In this document: one piece after another, positions 37,199 through 48,709 of the stretch
Numbering within the stretch: position 1 is the first letter of the stretch
Layout of the letters: every line of letters starts with the position of its first letter
Assembly (NCBI GenBank): GCA_030167865.1
Contig: JALAGF010002098.1
Span: 1 to 53,521 of the forward strand
Source: Craspedostauros australis
Taxonomy: Eukaryota
Direction of reading: 5' to 3'
DNA: 53,521 nt
Program-made: the position numbers and the translations under genes
Notes under the pieces: model-generated
Seen by the model: only the letters and a program-made list of their open reading frames with translations
Database searches by the model: none
What the model was told of the DNA's origin: nothing

Positions 37199-38089
37199 AT
37201 GACATTCTCGCACTTCCGATCATCGACCCGCATAACGATCAGCCTCGCATGGCACATCGCCGCCATGTCAGCGACGGCCTTTGCGCCACCGTCCCATCCC
37301 ACCATCCGCATGCCGGAAATGCACGCCGTGCTCAAATCGGAACTGAAACGCCCCAGCAAGACCTTGACGGTGGGCGTGGAATTCGATCCACCAAGTGACG
37401 ACGCTGTTTCCAACGACGACATCACCTTGCTGTCCATGCAACTGCGCAACGCCAAGGTCTCGACGATCGTATGTTCGGATCCCGCCCACGTGCAATGCTT
37501 CGTGCAGGAGCAGGAGACAGCGCGCGGGAGCTTCCCCGGTCCGTGTCCTGTCATTTACGGTGGCGCGTTGGATGGCATCGCATCGGCCGTCGAGGCTGGT
37601 GCCTGCGGCGTGATTGTGGATGCGGATGATGCCGCGGGCGTTGCGGATATGGAACTGGGGGAGGTGGATGTGATCTGGAGGGTGCAGAGCATGGAGGAGC
37701 TTGAATCGGTTGTGGAATTGACGAAGGACGTGGATGAGGCCGACAAGCTGCTGCTGTTTGACGGGCCGACGGCGGAAGAACTCGCCGAAGCCTCATCTCC
37801 ATTGCCACGATCGGGCCTGATGATGGCGGCGGTGCCGTCGATGCAGGCGGATGGCGCGGAGGTCGAAGTTGGCCGCGGCTACAAGAGCAGCGGATGCGCA
37901 TCGATTTTGGTGAAAGGAGCCTGCGTGAGCGATGCCGAAGATGTGGACTACGCCAAGTTCGTGGTCGACGGCCTCACGAGCAAAGCTTCGTCCGAGTTCA
38001 CGTTCTCCGGTCTGACGGGCTCCACGAACGGTCACTTCGGCGGTGTCCAATCGAATGGATCTGTGAAGTGGAGACGCACAGAGCAGTAG
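37199..38089 (+). CDS. Plastid-targeted IGPS (TrpC)-like TIM-barrel protein, apparently lacking catalytic residues
   Basis: ATA|FAP presequence; LKRPSKTLTVGVE, FPGPCPVI, AVEAGACGVIV and VIWRVQSMEEL resemble IGPS strand/helix pattern. Confidence 0.6.
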   Translation: MTFSHFRSSTRITISLAWHIAAMSATAFAPPSHPTIRMPEMHAVLKSELKRPSKTLTVGVEFDPPSDDAVSNDDITLLSMQLRNAKVSTIVCSDPAHVQCFVQEQETARGSFPGPCPVIYGGALDGIASAVEAGACGVIVDADDAAGVADMELGEVDVIWRVQSMEELESVVELTKDVDEADKLLLFDGPTAEELAEASSPLPRSGLMMAAVPSMQADGAEVEVGRGYKSSGCASILVKGACVSDAEDVDYAKFVVDGLTSKASSEFTFSGLTGSTNGHFGGVQSNGSVKWRRTEQ

Positions 38090-38790
38090 GATGTTCTCTT
38101 GCAGTGTGATTGGCACAATAGTAGCAATGACAATCACACCAACGAAGAAATATATTGCATTGCGCTGTACTTTGGAGGATGTCACATATTTGGAATGGCA
38201 TTCTCGCTCTTGCGAGGTACGTTCTCCATTGAAATGCTCCATGCGAGACAACCATCGGTCCTACTCTTGTACTCCCATAATCGAGCAATGATGAAAGCGA
38301 GAGGCGTGCGGTAGAGTGCTCTGCGAAGAATTGAGCTGCGCTTGTTGCCAACTTCCTTCGATATCAGCGCCATTGTCTAGCTTCCATTAATTAGACTGTT
38401 TCGCATTGTGTTGAAGTTATTGCAGTCGGATGAGTCTGGTCGTGACACGACTTTCTTCTCCTTCGTTTGTTCTTTGGCGAAATCTGTGGTTCTTTTTCAG
38501 ATTGAACCAGAAGCGCTCCGAGTACCGAACGAACAACCGCAACAACCAATCACAAAGGCACACCACACCCCAATCAAAACGTGATGGCATCAATACAAGG
38601 GCGCGAGTTTGACATCGTGGTCGGACGAGCCGCGCGCACAAGTACGAACCACGCTGCGAACATTCCGCGCATCTCCTCGGTCTCTGCCGTGCTTTTGCAA
38701 CACACGACACAATCACAAAACGACGACACGAAGGTTCCCACAAAACCAAACACACAAGAGAAAGAAGGAACAGCAACAAAGCAACAGGAC

Positions 38791-38842
38791 ATATAATAGC
38801 ACACTCATATAATAGCACACTCATACTGATACTCATACTGAT
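38791..38842. repeat. Short tandem duplication (atataatagcacactc)x2 plus (atactgatactc)-like repeat in the FYVE gene leader
   Basis: Directly visible. Confidence 0.7.
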
Positions 38843-38906
38843 AGTCGTACAACGATAGGAAGGTCAAAGTCGGAAGCAAACGAAGACAAGGAGAGCCGAA
38901 AGAATC

Positions 38907-40766
38907 ATGGCGCAACCCACCATCGTCTCGGACATGCCTCCACCAAAGACGGAGGCTCCAGAGAGCAACGGCTCGTCGCTGCCCCCAGCAGGCGCCTCCA
39001 CGGCCGAAGCATCCAGCGCATCATCGCGGCCGACGACGAAGAAGGCCGAATCGAACGTCGCGACGCTGTCCAATGCCTGGGAATTCGACGACCTGCAGCC
39101 CAACTGCGTGGGATGCCGCAACGAGTTCGGCCCCCTCAACAGACGTCACCACTGCCGCTTGTGCGGGAAGATATTTTGCGGCAACTGCAGCGGCCAGCGC
39201 GCCTTGATCCCGCCCTCGTCCATCGTGCTCGTGCCAGACGGCGGCAAGAAGGCCAAGCCACGACGCGATGATACCGTCGATGCCACCGGCCTCATTTCCT
39301 TCAGTCCCGATCCGGACCCTGACCGCATGCTCACCTACCTCGACGAGAATCAGCAGCTCCTCTACGGAAAGGGATTGGAAGAGCGGTTCAAGCTCGCAAG
39401 AGAGCCGCTGCGGGTGTGCGGACCATGCTTTGAGAAGGTGATGCCGCTGCAGGAGGAGCTGCGCAATTCCAACTCCAACGCCATGCGATTCAACCACGTC
39501 GACCCCACGGATTCGAGACGGATGTTCAACTCGCCCTTGGCCTTCACGCTGGGTCACGAGGTCCGCAAGGCCGCCTACACCCTCAACAACCTCCTTCCCC
39601 TGCCAAAGAAGATGGGATCGGTTGTGGACGTCAACAGCATTAACGGGATGGAAGGCACCGGCATGCAGCAATGCAAGGAGGACTGTTCCACGGTTTCGCC
39701 ATCGCTCTCGGGAGTTGACGGTGTCCAAATCCCTGCCAAATTGCTGGAGAATGCTCGAGGAGTCGCCGTGCTCACCGCCATCAAGGGTGGATTCGGCCTT
39801 GCCGGTGCAGAGTTCGGAACCGGTCTGGTTGTTGCGCGGCTGGGCGATCGCTGGAGTGCACCATGTGCCATCGGAATGGCGGGTGTGTCATGGGGTGGTG
39901 AGTTTGCACTCTTGCTCATTCTTATCCATTCGATTGCCTCTTTGTTTCATTTCGGCTCGTGTGTCCGTTCGTTTGAGAAATGCGGCAGAACATTCATGCT
40001 TGTGCACTCACACTTGCACTTACACACACACTCACACTATGTCTACGCTATCTTCTTGTTACTGTGCTCGCGTCCGATGCGACTGCTATTACTTTGTGAT
40101 TTTTGAACGATGCTATTGCCAAATGCACATGGCATCAACAATTATGCAGCCCTCATTGGCGCGCAAGTTTCAGATCACGTGTTTCTGCTGATGACGGATG
40201 CCGCTGTCGACATGATGTTCAATGGCAGCGGCAGCGTGCAGCTTGGAGCTGATGTTGGCGTTGCAATTGGACCAGTAGGACGCGCGCTTGAGGCCGATTT
40301 TGGAGCCTCCCCTGGATCCATGGCACCGATCTACACATACAGTTTGTCGAAGGGATTTTACGCCGGCGTCTCGTTGGATGGCAAGATCCTCACGACGCGA
40401 CACCGCGTCAATGAAAGATTCTATGGACGCCTCGTTTCTGGCGCGGAGCTCTTGTCCGGCAGCATCCCCACACCTCCGGCAGCACGTCCTCTCTACGATG
40501 CTCTCACACGATGCCACGTCTACGCCAGCGGTTCTGTGCCCAATCTTCGCGACCTCCACGGAGGCCAGTACAATACCAACAATATCAACACTACCAACAC
40601 AAACATGAATGGCAGCCTCGATGCAAACGGCGAGAATGCATGGGAGAGTGAATATGGTGAAGTTGCTGGAGGCATGATCAATGGGATGGGTCCATCTCAT
40701 CCCCTCGCTCCCAGTGAGGAACAAATGATCGCCGCTTTCAACACCGCCTCGCATCCATCAGCATAG
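38907..40766 (+). CDS. FYVE zinc finger + SYLF (Ysc84/SH3YL1) domain protein; exons 38907-39897 and 40150-40766
   Basis: WEFD..NCVGC.NEF...RRHHCRLCGKIFCGNC...RVCGPC; SYLF motifs IPAKLLENARGVAVL, GTGLVVAR, WSAPCAI, GWG|ALIG, YTYSLSKGFYAGVSLDG; donor gtgagt at 39898, acceptor cag at 40149. Confidence 0.93.
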
Positions 40767-41308
40767 ATTCTTGCAGTTACACAGAACACGTACGAAAGGT
40801 ACAGTTGCGTATGGTACAGAATACGAGTAGCGAGGACACTCGTCGCACGGAGGAGGTTTGGCAAGGAGTACCACATACGAACTCAACTGGATTGCATTGC
40901 ATTAGATCGTATTGTACTCGAGAATCGTATCGACTCCACCATGAGTCGTATGCTCTATTCGCAAGACATTCCAGAAGTGGAGAGAACCACTCTTGCACAA
41001 GGACAACGTGAGCACTCTCTCCAGAGAGGAAGAAAGACACCATGACTCTCGTTTTCCGCAACGCGCAACGCCCAACCCATGATAAGAGGACGGTCCTATG
41101 TCGAATACATGCAAATAGAGTACCATAGAGTATGGTATTTACACTTTCACGCATACTGGTTTGGTGCGCCATTTGCCCTCAGGTTACGGCGGCTCGAGTC
41201 GAACTACGGTCGCCTTGCTCGAAACCATGATTCCTACCATACCTACGACCCATACCTATCCATAATACATGCGATTGTACGAGTATCCAGCCTAATCTAT
41301 GCAGCGGC

Positions 41309-44300
41309 CTAATCCCCGACTGCCGTGAAACCTGCCTTGGCGTGAATGTGGGAGATATCACTCTGGAAGGACACTGGGATCATGAAATCCTGCTTCTTCT
41401 CGACATCCATTGCGACATCATCGTCGTCAACCAAGTCATCGTCATTGTCGTCATCAGCCGTCGATGGGTTCTGCTGCGGCACGGCCATCGTGCGGGACAT
41501 CTTCATAGTGCCTTGGCCGTCGACGGCGTCGTCTCGGAAACGACCGCTGTACCACAGATCGTTGGCAAAGTAAATCGTGCCGCGTCCTTCGCGACGTCCG
41601 TGGCTGAACAGTCCGTCGTAGCGCTGGCCGTTGGGGTAGATGGCGGAACCACGACCTTCCATGGCGTTGTTGACCCACGTTCCGTCGTACACAAAACCAT
41701 CCGAAACCTTGAGCAGGCCGTTGCCATGGCGCTTGCCGTCCTTCCATTCCCCGTCGTACATGGACCCGTCAGACCAGGTGAAGATGCCACGGCCGTTCAT
41801 CGTCCCTTCTTTCCATTTGCCGGTGTATTCGCTGCCGTCGGGCAGGACGTACTTGCCGTGTCCGTGTCGCATATTCTCACGGAAATCGCCTTCGTATCGG
41901 CTGAGGACGGCATTGCTGTCGTCGTCATCTTTGCTGTCGTCATGCGATGAATGATAATAGTAGGCTCCCACGCCCTGCAACCGCCCGCGTTCAAAGTCAC
42001 CGCGGTAGATCATCCGTTTGCGATCGGATGACATCAGCGCACCTTTGCCATGCTCCTTGTTTCGCTTCCAATCGCCTTCGTACAACACATCGTTGCTGTA
42101 GAGGCAGATACCGCGTCCTTCTCGCATGCACTCGACCATCTCGCCTTCGTACACGAGGTACTTTGGGATATCCTTCTTGGAGCCATCGTCGCCGGTACCG
42201 TCGTTCTTGTTGTTTGGATCTGGCGAGAACCACTCAGGGATTGCATCGTTGCGTGGCTTGGCTGGCGGTGCTTCTGCTTCTGCTCCTACTGTCGCTGCCG
42301 CTGTCGTCGTTCCTGTTGCTGTTCCTCCTGCGATCTGAGCGGTTGCTGTGGTTGCTGCCGCCGTTCCAGAGGATGCTGTGGGTGCTGCAGTGGACTTGGT
42401 TGTCAACGCCGGAGTGGATGCCGCCGGCGCGATTGCCGCGGATGGATCAGACGCAGATGTGGCCGCGTTGTTTGTTGCCTGCGGGTCGGTGGTGGATGCA
42501 GCATTGGCATCTGGATCTGGTTGCGGCCGATGGTAATACAAAAAATGGGCCGATCGCCATCGTGCCATTTTTGGTTCTCCGCATAGCGGCAGCTCCATAT
42601 GATTTGCAGGTGCTGCTGGCGCTGGCGCCGTGGTTGCTGGGGCTGCGGGGGGTGTCGATCCGCTCGGTTTATGGGATGAGGATGGTTTCTTCTGCGGCGT
42701 CTTGGAGATGCTGGCATTCTTCTTCGCGCCACCCACATGCTGCCCGCCGGATTGCACTTGTGGCTGCGCTGCTTTTGATGCTGGTGTTCCTGCGATGGAT
42801 GATGATGTTGTGATGGAGGGGTCGGATTTGGATGATCTGATCCATTTTCCACCATGCGCAGATACTCCATGCGTGCCCGATGAAGAACCTGATCCGACAA
42901 TTTTGTGCTTTTGGTCTGCAGAAATGACATTGAGTTTTGCTGGAGACGACTGTGCGCCCTTCGCTTTGTTGTCGGCATCACCCGCCATGGCAGCAGCGGC
43001 GACACCGGTGGTAAGATTTGCCGGTGCGGATAAGGTGCCGGCGGACGGTTGCATGGTGCTATCGATGGACTTGGATCGCTTCATGCGACGCGCATCAGAT
43101 GCGGGGAAGTCGTCGTCCGGTTTGCGCTTCCAGCTGGGCACGGATCGGCGTTTCCTGGTGAAGTAGGGCTGGTCAGACTTGCTGGACGACGTGGACAAAG
43201 CACCTGCGGAGGTGGCATACGATTCCGCGGATGCACGGCGTCGTCGTTTGGGAGCCGGCGTCACTCCAAACAAGATGTACTGCCTCTGACATTCCAGCAC
43301 GCCCGTCTTTGTATCGAAACTTCCGACGAGCTCGAACTGGCCAAACGGATTCTCGCCCATTCCACGAACATGCACGATTCCCGCGGCTGTGTTGACCTTG
43401 TGCAGCGCCATAGTGTTGCTGGCACTGATACTGCTGGTGGAAGTAGTCCTGTTGCCACCGGCAGCAGGATGCATGAAGGCCCCGCCTTGGTCAGGGAACC
43501 TGGTGCGACAGGATATGCCAGGCGTGGCGTTGATGAAGAGGTAGAAATACTCTTCGATCCTCTGCGTCTTTGCTTTGGATTGATGGCCCCGAGAGCTCTT
43601 GGTAGGCACCGCATTTTCAAAGTGACCGACGAATTTTCCGGCAGGTGGGCATTTGTGAGGCAGTTGCTGAGAGGCATCAGTGAAAGGCGGTTCACCATTT
43701 GGAACATCCGCAAAGGTGTCAATTCCATTTCGGGACGAAGCTTCCTTTGCTTCGGACTGTTGCTGCTGCTGATGTTGCATTGCGTTGGTTGATGCCGTGG
43801 TGGTCCCGGCGCTCGCCGTTGGGTTCGTTGTGGAAGCAGCTTGCTTGCGAGTGTCTGTCTGGTGCTTTGCCCCATCTTCTTGTGCTGTTGGTGCTGCTGG
43901 TGCTGCCTGCTTGCTGGCGAGTGTAGCTTCTGCGGAATCGGCTGTATTCGCAACACCGCTTGCTGCTTGGGATTGATCCTGTGTAGATGTAGATGCAGAG
44001 GTCGATGATGATAATGGTGGCTGTGTAGACTGAGCCGTGTCCGCGTCTGCACCAGGTGCAGCAGTGGTACGGACAGCAGCACTAGCAGCAGCAGCCGGCG
44101 TAGATGCAGGCAGAACGATCGCACCTGCTTGATTCACATCGTCATCTCCCTCTTCTTGCTGTTGCTGAGCCTTCGCAACAGAAGACGGCACTTGCACGGA
44201 GGAAGGATCCACGGCCTGCGTCCAAGTGTAACAGAACGGCTGCTGCGGCTGGATCAGCTGCCTGCGATGCGAGTTTGGCAGATCCAAGATGTGCGTCCCG

Positions 44301-44560
44301 AAGGCCCAAACTCCCTTCCATTGCCACACCTGATTCTGCTTCTTCTCAGCAGTCGGTTCCTCGGCTGGCGCCGAAGCCTCGCCGTCTGCCGCTCCTCCTT
44401 CAGCTGCCTTGCTGCGGTTGCCTTTGCTCTTGCTGGTTCCCTTGCTCGCGCCCTTGTTGGTTCCCTTGCTCGCACCCTTTCCCTTGCTCTTGCTGCTGCC
44501 CGTGGCTTCTGTTGCTTCCACCAGCTCCAGGTTGCCACGCAGGGCGACCAGGTTGCTCAT
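41309..44560 (-). CDS. Large protein with C-terminal MORN repeats and low-complexity linkers
   Basis: About 8-9 YxGxW/F..G..HG.G repeats (e.g. YEGDFRENMRHGHG, YDGEWKDGKRHGNG) in 41500-42160; single 1083-codon ORF. Confidence 0.88.
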   Translation of the reverse strand: MSNLVALRGNLELVEATEATGSSKSKGKGASKGTNKGASKGTSKSKGNRSKAAEGGAADGEASAPAEEPTAEKKQNQVWQWKGVWAFGTHILDLPNSHRRQLIQPQQPFCYTWTQAVDPSSVQVPSSVAKAQQQQEEGDDDVNQAGAIVLPASTPAAAASAAVRTTAAPGADADTAQSTQPPLSSSTSASTSTQDQSQAASGVANTADSAEATLASKQAAPAAPTAQEDGAKHQTDTRKQAASTTNPTASAGTTTASTNAMQHQQQQQSEAKEASSRNGIDTFADVPNGEPPFTDASQQLPHKCPPAGKFVGHFENAVPTKSSRGHQSKAKTQRIEEYFYLFINATPGISCRTRFPDQGGAFMHPAAGGNRTTSTSSISASNTMALHKVNTAAGIVHVRGMGENPFGQFELVGSFDTKTGVLECQRQYILFGVTPAPKRRRRASAESYATSAGALSTSSSKSDQPYFTRKRRSVPSWKRKPDDDFPASDARRMKRSKSIDSTMQPSAGTLSAPANLTTGVAAAAMAGDADNKAKGAQSSPAKLNVISADQKHKIVGSGSSSGTHGVSAHGGKWIRSSKSDPSITTSSSIAGTPASKAAQPQVQSGGQHVGGAKKNASISKTPQKKPSSSHKPSGSTPPAAPATTAPAPAAPANHMELPLCGEPKMARWRSAHFLYYHRPQPDPDANAASTTDPQATNNAATSASDPSAAIAPAASTPALTTKSTAAPTASSGTAAATTATAQIAGGTATGTTTAAATVGAEAEAPPAKPRNDAIPEWFSPDPNNKNDGTGDDGSKKDIPKYLVYEGEMVECMREGRGICLYSNDVLYEGDWKRNKEHGKGALMSSDRKRMIYRGDFERGRLQGVGAYYYHSSHDDSKDDDDSNAVLSRYEGDFRENMRHGHGKYVLPDGSEYTGKWKEGTMNGRGIFTWSDGSMYDGEWKDGKRHGNGLLKVSDGFVYDGTWVNNAMEGRGSAIYPNGQRYDGLFSHGRREGRGTIYFANDLWYSGRFRDDAVDGQGTMKMSRTMAVPQQNPSTADDDNDDDLVDDDDVAMDVEKKQDFMIPVSFQSDISHIHAKAGFTAVGD

Positions 44561-44998
44561 GGTTTCGAATCAAACGGTGCCTTGCTGCTCGCGCGGTTCA
44601 CGTTGTTGGTTGCACATCAACGGCAGCTCACCGTTGTGCATGTTTCGTTTTGTTGTGCTGTGTCGTGCAGGACCGTGCTGTGTCGGATTTCGTTTTTGAG
44701 CGATGGTTGCGGCAAATTACATGTAGATAAAGTTGTCTGTTCAATTTTCGTATTCTCAAATATTTTCAGCTCAAGTCCCGTATTTGGGGTGGTTTCATGA
44801 TGAAGTTGATTTCACGAACTATTATAACGTCTTTAACCGCTAACGGTGTTGTCGTTAGCAACCGCGAAAACGACAATTCCGATCGCCAAACCGCCTCACA
44901 AAAGTGTCGCAACGACTGCACGATGATCCAAACAAACCAAACCCATCAACGACAACACAATCACCACAACCAACATCACTATCACCATCACTCTCGCT

Positions 44999-45046
44999 AT
45001 CACCATCACCATCACCATCACCATCACCATCACCATCACCATCACC
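44999..45046. repeat. (ATCACC)n hexanucleotide microsatellite upstream of CDC20
   Basis: About 8 perfect units visible. Confidence 0.9.
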
Positions 45047-45217
45047 ACCAAGGCAGGACACTTTCCACACCATCCGCAGCAGGAAGGAAACAGAACAATT
45101 CGGATCTCCACTCTCCCATTCATTGTCTCTCTCTTGTATTCCCACAGCCAATAGAAACATCAACAACAACATCCGCAGTACTATTACAGCACTATTAGAA
45201 CAGGACCAACATCAGCC

Positions 45218-46801
45218 ATGACCCGATCCGTCGTCGACTACGAATACCTCATCAACACCTCCTTCTCCGACACCAACCAGTCCATCAAGTCTGGTGTCCG
45301 TCCAAGATGGGAGCGCAAGCGTCAGCAGAGCCGTGGCGATAACCGCGTGCCGCTGTCGGCGTCGTCGCAACCGTCGCAAACGCAGGTGGGTGGTGATCGA
45401 TTCATTCCCAATCGGTCCGGAATGAACATGGACCTCAGCAAGCACATGATCCGATCGGATCAGTCGTCGTCCGCCTCGCAGATGGAGACCGACGGTGCAG
45501 CAGCCTCGTCCGGAGCGACGGATGGCAGCGCCCAGCAGGTCGGCGGCGTCAAGGCCGTGTCGGACGCCAGCAAGGATGAGTACGCATCGCGTCTGTCCGA
45601 GGCCTTGCTGGGATCCAGCGACAAGGCCAACCACCGCATCATGAGCTTCTCGGAGAAGGCACCCAAGCCCAAGGGTGACACCGTCAACAACCTCAACGTG
45701 CTGTACTCGGCGTCTGGAACGGCCAAGCAGAAGAAGACCAACGCCAAGCTCGTCACGAGACAGATCCCCTCCGTGCCAAGCCGGATCCTCGATGCTCCAG
45801 ACCTGATGGACGATTACTACCTCAACCTCCTGTCCTGGAGCGACACCAACATCCTCGCCGTTGCCTTGGGCCAGACCGTGTACCTGTGGAATGCCACTTC
45901 CGGCACCATCCAAGAGCTGTGCTCCTACGAGGGCGATGGCGCGCAGTCTCACATCTCCTCCGTAGCATGGGTGCAGGAAGGTGGAGCCCACCTGGCGGTC
46001 GGAACATCCGGCGGCACCACCCAGCTTTGGGATATCCACGCCGGCAAGCAGCTGCGATCCATGGATGGGCACAGCGATCGCGTGGGAGCATTGACTTGGA
46101 ATCGCCACATGCTCACCAGCGGCAGCCGCGACACCACAATCGTCAACCACGACGTGCGCGTCGCCCGCCACAACGTCGCCACGCTCCAGTGCCACGAGCA
46201 GGAGGTCTGCGGGCTGACCTGGAGCGGCGATGGCGAGATGCTGGCCAGCGGCGGCAACGACAACCTCCTGTGCCTTTGGGACGCCCGTGCCACCGCGGCA
46301 TCCACGCAGTCCCCGCTGTTCCGACTCACGGAGCACCAGGCCGCCGTCAAGGCCCTGGCGTGGTCGCCGCACGAGCGCAACCTCCTCGCGACGGGCGGCG
46401 GCACTGCCGATCGCTGCATCAAGTTCTGGAACACCCAGACGGGTGCCGAGCTGAACTCCATCGACACGGGATCGCAGGTCTGCGCGCTGCAATGGAATCC
46501 GCACGAGAAGGAGATCCTGTCGAGCCACGGCTTCGCGCGCAACCAGCTGTGCTTGTGGAAGTATCCCTCGATGGCCAAGGTGAAGGAGTTGGAGGGACAC
46601 ACATCGCGCGTGCTGCACATGGCGCTGAGCTCCGATGGCTGCACCGTCGTGTCGGCAGCCGGCGACGAAACCTTGCGGTTCTGGGATATCTTCGCGGCAC
46701 CATCCAAGTCGTCGAAGCACGCAGGTGCGGGGGCGTCTTCGTCCGTCGCGGACATGGTCCGCAATCCATCCAAGATGAGCTGGACGTCTCAGATTCGGTA
46801 G
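45218..46801 (+). CDS. CDC20: APC/C activator CDC20 (Fizzy), WD40 protein
   Basis: C-box DRFIPNR, KILR-like RIMSF, RILDAPDLMDDYYLNLLSWS, LASGGNDN, HQAAVKALAWSP, GGGTADR, AAGDETLRFW, C-terminal IR tail. Confidence 0.96.
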   Translation: MTRSVVDYEYLINTSFSDTNQSIKSGVRPRWERKRQQSRGDNRVPLSASSQPSQTQVGGDRFIPNRSGMNMDLSKHMIRSDQSSSASQMETDGAAASSGATDGSAQQVGGVKAVSDASKDEYASRLSEALLGSSDKANHRIMSFSEKAPKPKGDTVNNLNVLYSASGTAKQKKTNAKLVTRQIPSVPSRILDAPDLMDDYYLNLLSWSDTNILAVALGQTVYLWNATSGTIQELCSYEGDGAQSHISSVAWVQEGGAHLAVGTSGGTTQLWDIHAGKQLRSMDGHSDRVGALTWNRHMLTSGSRDTTIVNHDVRVARHNVATLQCHEQEVCGLTWSGDGEMLASGGNDNLLCLWDARATAASTQSPLFRLTEHQAAVKALAWSPHERNLLATGGGTADRCIKFWNTQTGAELNSIDTGSQVCALQWNPHEKEILSSHGFARNQLCLWKYPSMAKVKELEGHTSRVLHMALSSDGCTVVSAAGDETLRFWDIFAAPSKSSKHAGAGASSSVADMVRNPSKMSWTSQIR

Positions 46802-47400
46802 ACTGACAAATTCAATGCAACGCATGCGCTGTAATGCAGACAGAAGAGAGAGAGAGAGAGAGCAGGAGATGGGGCGAACAGGAGGGAGGAGACTAAATGC
46901 ATAAAATCAAAAACAGAAATACAGCAGATTGAGGAAGGAAGGAACGAACAACGTACGACAAGTAGTTATACCAATAACATAAACGAACAAGTAATAAACT
47001 ACAAGGACGAGGATGAGAGTGCAGGACGTGTTTTGGGACGAATAGACTGCGAACACGCGTGATCATGAATATGAACAGGAACATGAAGTCTGAACTGATC
47101 TGGCCTGGTCTAAGCCTGCACTAATTTCATTGGGGTGAGCTGAATCGGGTTGATCTCTCTCTCTCTCTGGATTTGTACCACAGCGCATGAAATGTGTGGG
47201 ATTGTGCCATTCTCGTATCTCATTTGAAACCAATGAAGCGGACCAACTCTTGATGCAGTTGATGATTGTGTCCACGAGTTCCAATCTCACTCATGTGCTT
47301 TCCGCATGCACCCCGGCCTCTCTTCCTCCCGAACATTGGCACTGCATCATCATTGCAGCACCATTCCAACAGATGCCTGCAGAACACTCTGATTCACACT

Positions 47401-47718
47401 CTATTTGCTCTTCATGCGATTCTTCTTTCGTCGCTTCCTCAACTTGTGCTTGTTCATCTTGGATCTTCGCTTCTTGAGAGTGCTGCTCATGCGCAAGAAC
47501 GTCTGCTGCACCTGCCTCAGGAGCATGCCAGGTACTTTATTCCACAAGGCCACAACTGTCGGCGCCGCTGTTTGTGTTTGCAGCGCGGACGTTCGCAAGG
47601 AACTCATGGGCATGGCCTTGGTCAACTGCGGCTGCTGGGCTCTTGCCATCGTCATCATGGAGCTGATGGCGGAGCGTTGGCTCGACGCCAGGCTGCATAA
47701 TCTTCGCACCGCGAACAT
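47401..47718 (-). CDS. Mitochondrial small ribosomal protein mS38 (COX24/AURKAIP1, DUF1713)
   Basis: Presequence-like N-terminus and C-terminal MSSTLKKRRSKMNKHKLRKRRKK. Confidence 0.88.
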   Translation of the reverse strand: MFAVRRLCSLASSQRSAISSMMTMARAQQPQLTKAMPMSSLRTSALQTQTAAPTVVALWNKVPGMLLRQVQQTFLRMSSTLKKRRSKMNKHKLRKRRKKNRMKSK

Positions 47719-48709
47719 CGTCCCTGTCTGCCTTCTTTGTTGCCGTTGAGATGGGATATCGAACGCCCGATCGAGATGCTTGGTCTTCTTGTGTTACGAG
47801 TATATCTCCGAATATCGGACGAGCGGATGATCAGGATAATCGTCTCGTCTCGTCTCGTATTGTATTCGTCACGAACACGAGTACAGGCAGTGGCTTGGGA
47901 AGGATCAGGTATAGCAAGCGAGAGTGTGTCCGTATCGTTGCCGTTTGGCTGTCTTGCTTCGTGTTGATTTCTGGAGGTCTTCGTCGTTTGCGGTGGGACG
48001 AGATGATGAGTCGAGAGATGCGCTGTCGCCGTCCGTCCGTGTACCCGCCAATTCAAGTTTGTCATCAAATCGATCGTTGAATCACGTTTTAGTCCTGTTA
48101 TGGAGCGTTATTTATCAGATTGAATCTGTCTTGTTGCTGTCCTTCCAATTTACTCCTGTTGGTTCTCGCCGGCGCTCGTCTGTCACACACATGTAATGCA
48201 TCCGTGTACGTATTCATACTTGAATACATTAATACATTTGTGGCGATAAGGTGCTCACAAAGATGATGTTTGGCGATGGAAAAAGCAAAAACAGAAGTCA
48301 CCAAAGGAAAGGAAACGCAACAAGTCGCCAAGACAACACCAACGCAAACCGCATGGCATCACACCAAGCGACGGCGAAACGCAATCTCAAGGAGAACAAC
48401 AACATCAAGAGGAGGCCTACACGGACAAAGCCACAACCATCCCAACCCACTTCGATTCAGTCCAGTTCAGTTCAGTTTAGTTCAGTTGTGTGTGTGTCTG
48501 TCGAGGCTCTCCACGTGTTGCTATCGACGCACTACAAATACTCTGGAAGAAGCACTCATCACGACCCCCGATCACAACAACTGCTCCAACACCAACCCTT
48601 GTGGAGATCCACACGCGAAAAAGACCGATTGCAGCAACGATTCAAGCAACCATCGTACCACACCAACTCCTACACTACGACTTCGGCCCTCGAGCTGCCC
48701 CGACCCACC

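Noticed and set aside
44797-45221. Poly-His / (SP)n / (GD)n ORFs
   Set aside because: Translations of the (ATCACC)n microsatellite in the CDC20 upstream region
45212-46825. 537-aa antisense ORF covering CDC20
   Set aside because: Mirrors a highly conserved GC3-rich gene; no independent evidence
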